In this document: piece after piece, positions 39,581 to 51,200 of the stretch
Numbering within the stretch: position 1 is the stretch's first letter
Layout of the letters: every line of letters starts with the position of its first letter
Source: Mobula hypostoma
Taxonomy: Eukaryota
Length of the DNA: 64,000 bases
Direction: 5' to 3'
Assembly (NCBI RefSeq): GCF_963921235.1
Contig: NC_086097.1
Location: 2,108,001-2,172,000 of the forward strand
Position numbers and translations under genes: made by a program
The notes under the pieces: model-generated
What the model was told of the DNA's origin: nothing
What the model saw: the letters and a program-made list of their open reading frames with translations, nothing else
Databases searched by the model: none

Positions 39581-40500
39581 CCATCGTTTCCATATCAATG
39601 TACTGATGAATAAAAAACCTCCTTTGGAGGTGGTTTCTGACATTGTTTCCATATTTGTTAGATTACAATTGCACAAAGATTGACATTTTGACCACTTTTT
39701 GCAAATGGTCAGATAAAATCAATGAACATTTTCAAAATAAAATAATTTTCTTCCATCGCTTCAGTCCTCCTCTCCCTTTCCTTGTCGTAGTCCATTCACG
39801 TCATGGTGAGTATTCACGGTAGAGCCTTCCGATTATCCTTGCAGCAGCTTTGCTAGAACCGCTGGGGAGGGTTTAAGCCAGCTTGGCAGGGGAGGGGAAC
39901 AAGAATGGCAGGGCTGGGGCTGGGGCAGTCGGTATACAAGCAGAGGCAGTGTACACTGAGACTGTCAGGAAGAACACGCTGATGACAGGGCAAAATCGCA
40001 GTTAGTGGGATGATTTGCAGAATAGCAGGAGAACAAAATCAAAGAGAGAGTTGAATACAGGACTGAAGATGTCATATTTGAATGCATGCAGTATATGGAA
40101 TAAGGTATCACAGTTACAGATCGGCAGGTATGACATTGTGGGCATCACTGAGTCGAGGCTGAAAGAAGACTATGGCTGGGAGCTTAACATCCAGGCATAC
40201 ACATTGTATCAAAAGGACAGGCAGGTAGGCAGAGGGGGTGGTGTAGCTCTGTTGGTAAAAAATGAAATCAAATCCTTAGAAAGAGGTGATATAGGATCAG
40301 AAGATGTAGAATCCTCGTGGGTAGAGCTAAGGAACTGCAAGGGTAAAAAGACCCTGATGTATACAGACCCCAAACAGTAGCCAGAATGTGGGCTACAAGT
40401 TATAATGGGAGATAGAAAATGCATTTCAAAAGGGCAAGGTTACAATAGTCATGGAGGACTTCAATATGCAGTTATATTGGGAAAATAAGCTTGGTGAATA

Positions 40501-43500
40501 ATGATAACAATGATCTTTCAAGAATCGATAGATTCTGGCATTGTACCGGATGACTGGAAAATTGCAAATGTTACTCCGCTATTTAAGAAGGGTGGGAGGC
40601 AGCAGAAAGGAAACTATAGACCTGTTAACCTGACATCAGTGGTTGGGAAGTTGTTGGAATCAATTGTTAGGGATGAAATTACAAAGTATCTGGAGGCACA
40701 TGATTATGAGAGAAAACTGGCAGAGAACATAAAAACGGACTGTAAAAGCTTTTATAGATATGTAAAAAGGAAAAGACTGATAAAGACAAATGTAGGTCCC
40801 CTGCAAACAGAAACAGGTGAATTGATTATGGGGAGCAAGGACATGGCAGACCAATTGAATAATTACTTTGGTTCTGTCTTCACTAAGGAGGACATAAATA
40901 ATCTTCCAGAAATAGTAAGGGACAGAGGGTCCAGTGAGATGGAGGAACTGAGCGAAATACATGTTAGTAGGGAAGTGGTGTTAGGTAAATTGAAGGGATT
41001 GAAGGCAGATAAATCCCCAGGGCCAGATGGTCTGCATCCCAGAGTGCTTAAGGAAGTGGCCCAAGAAATAGTGGATGCATTAGTGATAATTTTTCAAAAC
41101 TCGTTAGATTCTGGACTAGTTCCTGAGGATTGGAGGGTGGCTAATGTAACCCCACTTTTTAAAAAAGGAGGGAGAGAGAAACCGGGGAATTATAGGCCGG
41201 TTAGCCTAACGTCGGTGGTGGGGAAACTGCTGGAGTCAGTTATCAAGGATGTGATAACAGCACATTTGGAAAGCGGTGAAATGATCGGACAAAGTCAGCA
41301 TGGATTTGTGAAAGGAAAATCATGTCTGACGAATCTCATAGAATTTTTTGAGGATGTAACTAGTAGAGTGGATAGGGGAGAACCAGTGGATGTGGTATAT
41401 TTGGATTTTCAAAAGGCTTTTGACAAGGTCCCACATAGGAGATTAGTGTGCAAACTTAAAGCACACGGTATTGGGGGTAAGGTATTGGTGTGGGTGGAGA
41501 ATTGGTTAGCAGACAGGAAGCAAAGAGTGGGAATAAACGGGACCTTTTCAGAATGGCAGGCGGTGACTAGTGGGGTACCGCAAGGCTCAGTGCTGGGACC
41601 CCAGTTGTTTACAATATATATTAATGACTTGGATGAGGGAATTAAATGCAGCATCTCCAAGTTTGCGGATGACACAAAGCTGGGTGGCAGTGTTAGCAGT
41701 GAGGAGGATGCTAAGAGGATGCAGGGTGACTTGGATAGGTTGGGTGAGTGGGCAAACTCATGGCAGATGCAATTTAATGTGGATAAATGTGAAGTTATCC
41801 ACTTTGGTGGCAAAAATAGGAAAACAGATTATTATCTGAATGGTGGCCGATTCGGAAAAGGGGAGGTGCAACGAGACCTGGGTGTCATTATACACCAGTC
41901 ATTGAAAGTGGGCATGCAGGTACAGCAGGCGGTGAAAAAGGCGAACGGTATGCTGGCATTTATAGCGAGAGGATTCGAGTACAGGAGCAGGGAGGTACTA
42001 CTGCAGTTGTACAAGGCCTTGGTGAGACCACACCTGGAGTATTGTGTGCAGTTTTGGTACCCTAATCTGAGGAAAGACATCTTTGCCATAGAGGGAGTAC
42101 AAAGAAGGTTCACCAGATTGATTCCTGGGATGGCAGGTCTTTCATATGAAGAAAGACTGGATGAACTGGGCTTGTACTCGTTGGAATTTAGAAGATTGAG
42201 GGGGGATCTGATTGAAACGTATAAGATCCTAAAGGGATTGGACAGGCTAGATGCGGGAAGATTGTTCCCGATGTTGGGGAGGTCTAGAACGAGGGGTCAC
42301 AGTTTGAGGATAGAGGGGAAGCCTTTTAGGACCGAGGTTAGGAAAAACTTCTTCACACAGAGAGTGGTGAATCTGTGGAATTCTCTGCCACAGCAAACTG
42401 TTGAGGCCAGTTCATTAGCTATGTTTAAAAGGAAGTTAGATATGGCCCTTGTGGCTACAGGGGTCAGGGGGTATGGAGGGAAGGCTGGGTTCTGAGTTGG
42501 ATGATCAGCCATGATCATAATAAATGGCGGTGCAGGCTCGAAGGGCCGAATGGCCTACTCCTGCACCTATTTTCTATGTTTCTATGTTTCTATGACAAGA
42601 TAGGACAAAGCCAGCATGGTTTCCTGAAGGGAAAATCCTGCCTGACTAACCTACTGCAATTTTTTGAGGAAATTACAAGCAGGGTAGACAAAGGAGATGC
42701 AGTAGATGTGATGTACTTGGATTTTCAAAAGGTCTTTGACAAGGTGTCACACATGAAGCTGCTTAGCAAGATAAGAGCCCATGGAATTACAGGGAAGTTA
42801 CTAGCATGGGTGGAGCATTGGCTGGTAGGCAGAAAACAGAGAGTGGGAATAAAGGGATCCTATTCTGGCTGGCTGCCCGTTACCAGTGGAGTTCCACAGG
42901 GGTCGGTGTTGGGACTGCTGCTTTTTACGATGTATGTCAATGATTTGGACTATGGATTTGATTGGAATTAAGGGATTTGTGGCTAAATTTGCCGATGATA
43001 CAAAGATAGGTGGAGGAGCGGGTGGTGTTGAGGAAATAGAGAGCCTGCAGAGAGACTTAGATAGTTTAGGGGAATAGGCAAAGAAGCGGCAAATGAAATG
43101 CAATGTTGGAAAGTGTATGGTCGTGCACTTTGGTGGAAGAAATAAATGGGCAGACTATTATTTAGATGGGGAGAGAATTCAAAATGCAGAGATGCAAAGA
43201 GACTTGGGAGTCCTTGTGCAGGATACCCCAAAGGTTAACTTCCAGGCTGAGTCAGTTGTGAAGAAGGCAAATGCAATATTGGCAGTCATTTCTAGTGGTA
43301 TAGACAATAGATAATAGGTGCAGGAGTAGGCTATTCAGCCCTTCGAGCCAGCGCCGCCATTCACTGTGGTCATGGCTGATCATCCACAATCAGTACCCCG
43401 TTCCTGCCTTCACCCCATATCCCTTGACTCCGCTATTTTTAAGAGCTCTATCTAACTCTTTCTTGAAAGCATCTTGAAAGTATAGAATAGAAGAGCAGGG

Positions 43501-44080
43501 ATGTGATGTTGAGGCTCTATAAGGCACTCGTGAGACCACACTTGGAGTATTGTGTGCAGTTTAGGGATCCTTATTTTAGAAAGGATATACTGACATTGGA
43601 GAAGGTTCAGAGAAGATTCATGAGAATGATTCCAGGAATGAAAGGGTTACTCTATGAGGAACATCTGGCAGCTCTTGGGCTGTATTCCCTGGAGTACAGG
43701 AAAAAGAGGGGGGTCTCATAGAAACATTCCAAATGTTCAAAGGTTAAAAGATTAGATATGGCAAAGTTATTTCCCATGGTAGGATATTCTAGGACAAGAG
43801 CGCATAACTTCAGCATTGAAGGACATTCATTTAGAACTGAGATATGGAGAAATTACTTTAGTGAGAGGGTGGTAAGTCTGTGGAAATTGTTGCCATGGTC
43901 ATTGGGTGTATTTAAGGCAGAGATAGATAGGTTCTTGATTAGCCAGGGCATCAAAGGGTATGGGGAGAAGGCAGGGGAGTGGGGATGACTGGAAGAATTG
44001 GATCAGCCCATGATTGAATGGTGGAGCAGACTCGATGGGCCGAATGGCCTGCTTCTGCTCTTATGGTCTTATGGTCTTAT
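40501..44080 (+). mobile_element. Middle-layer CR1 (40501-40703 and 42592-44080) with a small minus-strand CR1 tail at 43305-43479 (TSD GTATAGA)
   Basis: [14 protein letters not shown] continuity across the inner element; (TCTTATGG)n tail. Confidence 0.88.
40704..42591 (+). mobile_element. Young CR1 subfamily A with uninterrupted RT frame, flanked by ATGA
   Basis: About 597 open codons to the natural stop at 42495; tail. Confidence 0.96.
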
Positions 44081-47000
44081 GCTGGTTTTAGATCCCAAGA
44101 TAAAGAATTTGTATAATGCCTATGAGCTGGCTTTTTAGAGCAGCTTGCAGTCGAGCCCACTAGGGGATCAGCTATTCTGGACTGGGTGTTGTGTAATGAA
44201 CTGGATTTGATTAGGGTGCTGAAGGTAAAGGAACTCTTAGGAGGTAGTGATCTTAATATAATAGAATTTACTATGCAGTTTGATAGAGAGAAGACAAAAG
44301 TCAGATGTATCAGTATTACAGTGGATTAAAGGAAATTACAGGGGCGTGAGAGTGGAGCTGGACTAGAAAGGGCCGCCAGCCGGGATGACGTCACAGCAGC
44401 AGTGACTGAAATTCCTGGGAGCAATTCAGAAACTGCCCAAAGAGGAACAAGTATTAAAGACAAGATGACACAACTGTGGCTAACAAGAGAAGTCAAAGCC
44501 AACATAAAAGCAAATGCAAAGGCATATAATAGAGCAAAGATTAATGGGAAGTTAGAGGTTTAGGAAGCTTTTAAAACCAATATAAGGCAACTAAAAGCCA
44601 TAGGAGGGAAAAGATGAAATATGAAGGTAAGATAGTCAATGATACCAAAAAGGATACAAAAGGTTTTTCAGATATATAGAGAGTAAAAGAGAGGCAAGAA
44701 TAGATATCAGACTGATGGGAAATGATGCTGGGGAGGTAGTAATGGGAGACAATGAAATGGTGGAAGAATTGAGTAAGAATTTTGCATCAGTCTTCACTGT
44801 GGAAGACACTAGCAGTATGCTAAAAGTTCAAGAGTGCCGGGGGAACAGAAGTGTGTGAATTTGCCATTACTAGGGAGAAGGTTCTTGGGAAACTGAAAGG
44901 TCTGAAGGTGGATGTCACCTGGACCAGATGGAGTAAACCCCAGGGTTTTGAAAATGGTGGCTGAAGAGATTGTGGAGACATTAGTAATGATCTTGCAAGC
45001 ATCAATTGGTTCTGACATGGTTCCAGAGGACTGGAAAATTGCAGATGTCACTCTATTCTTCAAGAAATGAGTGTTGCAGAAGAACGGAAACTATAGCCCA
45101 GTTAGCATAAGAAGATAGCATGGGAAGATCTTGAAATCGATTGTTAAAGATGAGCTTTTGGGGTAATTGGAGACACATGATAAAATAGCCCAAAGTCAGC
45201 ATGGTTTCCTCAAGGGAAAATCATGTCTGACAAATCTTTTAGAACTGTTTGAAGAAATAACAAGCAGTATAGACAAAGGAGAATCAGTAGATGTTATGTT
45301 TGCCAAGGTGTCATACATGAGGCTGCTTAACAAATTAAGAGCCCATGGTATTACAGGAAAGATACTAGCAAGGATAAAGCATTGGCTGATTAGCAGGAAG
45401 CAAAGAGTGGGAATAAAGAGGGCCCTTTCTGGTTGGCTGCTGCTGACTAGCGGTGTTCCACAGGATCTGCGTTGTGATTGCTTCTTTTCACATTGGATGC
45501 CAATGACTTGAATGATGGAATTGATGGCTTTGAGGCCAAGTTTACAGATGTTACAAAGGTAAGTGGAGGGGAAGGTAGTTTTGAGGAGGCAAGGAGACAG
45601 CATAAGGACTTAGACAGATTTGGAGAATAGGCAAAGAAGTGGCAGTTGGAATACCACGTCAGGAATGGATGGACCTGCTGAGGATTCTGCTTTGCCTTGT
45701 AAATGAGGATTTAAGGGCTCTACAGATGTGTTCATAGCAAAATGATTGCAAGGGACAAGATTGGTCCTCTGGAAGATCAGAATGGTATCCATGTAGGGAG
45801 CCAAAAAGATGGGAAGATCTCAAATGCATATTTTGCATCTGCATTTACTCAGGAGATGGACACAGAGTCTACAGAAGTGAGGCAAAGCAGCATCGACTTC
45901 TTGGACTCTACACAGATTTCAGAGAAGGAGGTGTTTGCTGTCTTGAGGCAATTTAGGGTGGATAACTCCCTGGGGCCTAACGAGGTATTCCCGTAGACCC
46001 TGCGGGAGGCAAGTGCAGAAATTGTAGGGACCCAGCAGAGATATTTAAATCATTCTCAGTGACAGGTGAGGACCCAATGTTGCTCCACTGTTCTAAACAT
46101 TTCCTGGTTTATCTTCTAAACATAAACCAGGAAATTCTAGGCCAGTAAGACTGACATCAGGCACGGGAAAGTTATTGGAAGGTATTCTAAGGGACCGGTT
46201 AGATGAGTATTTAGATTGACAAGGACTGATTAAGGATAGTCAGCACGTGTCTAACCAATCTTATAGAGTTTTTTGAGGAAGTTACCAGGAAAGTTGATGA
46301 AGGCAAAGGCTGGTGCAGATCAATGGGAGTAGGAAGTTTAAATGGCTCAGCATGGACTAGATAGGCCAAAGGGCCTTTTTCTGTGCTGTACTTTTTGTGA
46401 GTCTATGACTAAATGTGTGGTAATGCACTTTGGTAGAAGGAATAAACAACAGACTATTTCTAAATGGGAAAAAATTCAAAATTCCGAGATGCAAAGGGAG
46501 CTGGGAGACCTCAAGCAGGGATCCCTGAAGGTTAGTTTGCAGGTTGAGTCGGTGGTAAGGAAGGCAAATGGATTCATTCTGAGAGCACTTGAATATAAAA
46601 ACAATAGTGTAACGCTGCTTTGTCAAGACACTGGTGAGGCCTCTCAGGGTATTTTGAGCAGTTTTAGCCCTTTATCTGAGAAAGGTCATGTTGACATTGG
46701 AGAGTGCCTAAAGGAGGTTCACAAAAATGGTTCTGGGAATGAGAGGCTTATCATATGAGAAGCATTAGACGTCTCTAGGCCTACAGTTGCCAGAATTTAG
46801 AAGAATGAGGGGGAATGTCCTATTGAGTGTTGAAAGGCCTAGATAGACTGGATGTGGAGTGGATGTTTCTTATAGTGGGGAGTGTAAAACCAGAGGGCTC
46901 AGCCTTAGAATAGAGGAGTGTTCATTTGGAACAGAGATGAGGAGGAATTTCTTTAGCCAGAGGGTGAATCTGTGGAATTCATTTCCACCGACATCTGTGG

Positions 47001-47799
47001 AAACCAAGTCATTGCACGTATTTAAGGCAGAGGCTGATGGTGGTTGATTGGTCAGATGTGAAAGGTAATGGAGAAAAGGCAGGAGAATGTATTTGAGGGG
47101 GAAATAGATCAGCCATGATGAAATAGTGGAGCAAACTTGATAGGCCAAATGGCCTAATGGGGCTCCTATGCCTTATGGTCTTATAATTCATTCCTGAATT
47201 TTGTTTTGGTATAGTACAAATTATGCTGGCGTGCCTTGCTATTATCATTGATATTCTTTTGACAACCTCGGTGCAACAATTTTAACTATTTGTCATCCAA
47301 CATAAAGATGCTCTGGTTTCCTCCGGCATTCCAAAGATGTACCAGTTAGTAGGTTAACTGGTCATTGTAAATGGTCCTGTGATTAGGCTGGTGTTAAATA
47401 GGTGGGTTGCTGGGCTGGAAGAGCCTGTTCTGCCTTGTATTTCTAAATTTAAAAAATAATAATTATTGTTAAAATGCAATGGTGTATTTTACATACCTAG
47501 AAAATTCAAAAGTTATTTAAGTAAAGTGTTCTGTACATTCACAAAGAGCTTGCATTGACTAGTTGGGTGCAATGGCCTCCATGGGGAAATATGAAGAAAA
47601 ATATTTTTGAATGTTGATGCAGAATCCTTTTTGAAAAGCGTTATACATTCACTTTACATTTATAAATATGATCAGAGTGTTCTTGGCGTAGATGGTGGTT
47701 TAATAGGTTAAAACAAATTTTGTGGTAGCTGGGGCTTCATACTTTGCGCTTCACATTACCGCTTACATAGTGTTTGAATGTTAGGCAAGGATTGAACCA

Positions 47800-48160
47800 G
47801 CGGATTTCCGGAAAGCCTTTTCTCTGCTCCGAGTGAGAGCAGGATGAAATCACGCCAGGTGGGTTCTGGACTGTTTCTGCTCGCTGGGTCTACCTGGATT
47901 GGCTCGGCTTTGGACGCCGCTGGGATTTCATGTGACTGTGCGCGATGTCACATCCGGCTGCTGGTACTTAAAGCTGAAGTTGCTGCTGCAATCCACGCTG
48001 GTTCCAGAAACTGCGGCAGACGGCCAGTTCATCGCAATCAGCCTGACAACGCAGCGAAGCCGGTCCTTGTACGTTTTACCTTTGAGGCGAGTTCTGGATT
48101 AAACGGCTAGGGGACAGACTACTTTACACCTCTATAGTCCATGCTCATTTTGCCAGAAAA
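47800..48160 (+). promoter_or_regulatory. Putative CHGA promoter / 5'UTR (CpG-enriched; CRE-like CGATGTCA at 47943-47950; TATA-like TACTTAAA at 47965-47972)
   Basis: Repeat-free, locally CpG-rich stretch immediately upstream of exon 1; both motifs are imperfect. Confidence 0.5.
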
Positions 48161-48164
48161 ATGA
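48141..48164 (+). other. Upstream ORF MLILPEK* whose TGA overlaps the CHGA ATG (ATGA)
   Basis: ATG CTC ATT TTG CCA GAA AAA TGA; stop at 48162-48164, main ATG at 48161-48163. Confidence 0.6.
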
Positions 48165-48203
48165 TAACCCTGGTATTTTTCGTACTTTTACTCGCGGGGC
48201 AAG
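48161..48203 (+). CDS. CHGA: CHGA coding exon 1 (signal peptide [14 protein letters not shown])
   Basis: ATG with A at -3, hydrophobic core, donor G|gtaaga, phase 1. Confidence 0.9.
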
Positions 48204-51200
48204 GTAAGAACGATTAATTGCTTCCTAATTTCTGAGGCTAAATCCACAGTGTGTTATAATTTGTGGGTGGTATTTAAAGAAAAAGTTAAGAGACGGCAAG
48301 GACCCTATTTCAGCACCAAGGACAGCGGGGGTTGCTCGGGTCGCTGGCGGAGCGAGTGTGCTCACCAAAATTACGCCGAATGGGCTTTTGGTGTAGTAAC
48401 AGTTTTAATCCGGCGCTAGAAGTTTAACCCCCTACATCCCGTACTGAAATTCTCTTTGGCTTGTAGGGTAGATTCAACTACATGTCGTTGGCTGTTTTTT
48501 TTTTCCCCTGCAGCTTCCTCATCCCCGGTACCCATCCAGCATTCGAAAGCCGACACTAAGGTAAGACCATCTCTGTGAGATTGTTGTTTGACCTCTTTCT
48601 GACCTTGACGGTCTTCTCCCTTAGGGCCACTTTCCTCTGAACAACACTAATTGCCGGGCACCTTTTGTACGTGTTTTGTAGGTAATGAATTGTGTTGTAG
48701 AGGTCATCTCCGACACGCTGGCCAAACCCAGCCCTTTGCCAATCAGCCCGGAGTGCCTGGACGCTCTCAGGGGAGGTAGGCTAATCTCAGATAACTTCAT
48801 TTTCATTAAGTTAATTATGAAACCCATTTTCTTTCTTGCGGCAAATGAATTATCGCCTTCATATTCCCACTTTTAAAGACTAAATCGATTTTCGTTTAAT
48901 TGATTTATAGTCTATAACTAAACTGTAAAATCTACAACTCTCGTTAGCATTAAGTAATTTCAGATACATGGTTAGTGTGCTGAATTTTAATTAATTGTTT
49001 ACATTTTCCCAATTTTGTAATCCTTGTAGATGAGAGAATAATCGGCGTGCTTCGACATCAAAATCTTCTACGAGAATTGCAGGAACTTGCGGCTGAAGGT
49101 ATTCACTGGTAACTGTATTACTGTATATTGACCTGAAACCAGGAGCCTTTGTCTTTTTAAGACTGAGAATGTCTCTTGGATATTGTCGTCTCACGTGGAG
49201 CAAACACCAAACGAACACTTCCTGTGTCTGTAAACACGATGTATATTCCACAACTTCCCTAAATGAGGAGGAAGAATAATATTCCACTGCACGGCCCTAA
49301 TATGTTTAATTACTACAGCATCTACCAGACGCAAGTTTCGAAAACTTTTCCCTTTTTGGCTAATGCCTGATAATTGCACTGCTGTAACATAGGTTAATTC
49401 CACCTTTCTTCCACTACCAGCTGCTGATCTCCACAACCATGCCTTTATTTCCCTGTAGACCTGTTGTCTCCTACACCCCAGGATGGACTCATTCATTCAG
49501 ATCTCATTGTCTTGCAGCTAAGCGCCCGAAAGGGAGTCCTTGGCGGCGCGGAGCTCCCGCAGCTGTGCGCTCACTTTGAGGAATTTTGCAATCAATATTC
49601 CATGCTTTTGTTTACCTTTTACTATTTGAGCAATTTGATCGAGACACTTCAGCGATGACTGACTCTGACTCCGCCGACCTGGCCCCGTGGCTGAGGACCA
49701 CAGGCATCCGACTCCTGGATCGGCTTCACTCGCCTCCGAGCTGAACTGGCTCTGTAACTGTGGCCTCTGGTTCACGTTCGGTGTTGTTTACTTGTTTACT
49801 TTTTATTGTTTGCACGATTTGTTTTTTTTTTCACACATTGGGTGTTTGATGGTCTTTGTTAGACCATAAGATATAGGAGCAGAATTAGACCATTTGGCCC
49901 ATTGATCTGCTCTGCCATTTCATCATGGCTGATCCAATTTTCCTCTCAGCCCCAATCTCCTGCCTTCTCTCTGTATCCCTGACTAAACAAGAATCTATCA
50001 ACCTCTACCTTAAATATACATAAATATATACAGGCTTCCACTGCTGCCTGTGGCATAGAATTCCACAGACTCACCACTCTCTGGATGAAGAAATTCCTCA
50101 TCTCCATTCTAAAAGTACACGCCTCTATTCTGAGGCTGTGTCCTCTGGTGTTCCTCTCCACAGCCACTCTATCAAGGCCTTTCACCATTCAATAGGTTTT
50201 GATGAGGTCACCCCTCATTCTTCTGAATTCTGGTGAATACAGGCCCAGAGCCATCAGATGCTCTTCATATGACAAGCCATCCAATCCTGGAATCATTTTT
50301 CTGAACCTCCTTTGAACCCTCTGTAGTTTCAGCACATCCTTTCTAAGATGAGGGGCCCAAATTGGCTCACAATACTCCAGTGCTTTAAAAAGTCTCAACA
50401 TTACATCCTTGCCTTTATATTCTAGTCCTCTTGAAATGAATGTTAACATCACTTTTGCCTTCCCCACGACAGACTCAACCTGCAAATTAACCTTCAGGGA
50501 ATCCTGCACAAGAAGTTCCAAGTCCCTTTGTGCCTTAGTTTTTGTAAGAAAATAATCAACCCTTTCACTTCTTCTACCAAAGTACATGACCATACACTCC
50601 CAACGCTGTATTCCACCTGCCATTTCTTTGCCCATTCTCCTAATCTATCCAAGTCCTCTGTAGCCTCTCTACTTCCTCAAAATTACCTGCCCCTCCATCT
50701 ATCTTCATATCATCTGCAAAGTTTGTAACAAAGCCATCAATTCCATCATCCCAAATCATTGACATATAATGTAAAAAGAATCAGTCCCAACACAGACCAC
50801 TGTGGAACACCACTAGTCACCGACAGCCAATCAGAAAAGGCTCCCTTTATTCCCACTCTTTGCCTCCTGCCAATCAACAACTGCTTTATCCTTTCTAGAT
50901 TCTTTCCTGTAATATATTATGGGCCTGTAGTAGCCTCGTGTGGCACCTTGTCAAAGACCTTCAGAAAATCCAAGTACACAACACCAACCAACTCTCCTTT
51001 CTCTATCCTGCTTGTTATTTCTTCAAATAATTCCAACAGCTTTGTTAGGCAAGATCCCCCCTTGAGGAAACTATGCTCACTATGTGCTAGTGCTTTCCAC
51101 TGTGAAGACTGATGGAAAATACTTATTCAGTTTGTCCATTTCCTTGTCCCCCATTACCACCTCTCCAGCATCATTTTCCAGCCATCTGATATCCACCTTG

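Larger units (their letters stand above)
15274..39805 (+). pseudogene. Candidate decayed multi-exon gene (VWA / DUF4537, VWA3B-like?); exon-like islands at about 15274-15437, 16361-16501, 18253-18380, 19650-19798, 23177-23705, 28248-28467, 29619-29970, 37316-37439, 39600-39805
   Basis: Non-repeat islands on one strand, mostly with AG acceptors and several with GT donors (gtcagc, gtgagt twice); protein-like frames broken by stops; only a weak by-eye resemblance to VWA and DUF4537 motifs. Confidence 0.3.
39815..47185 (+). mobile_element. Old outer CR1 (ORF1 end and most of ORF2) in pieces 39815-40500, 44080-45660, 46410-47185
   Basis: YLNACSI...GITES...GGGVALLVK endonuclease; resumes after the inner elements; RT motifs and tail at about 47180. 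Confidence 0.8.
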
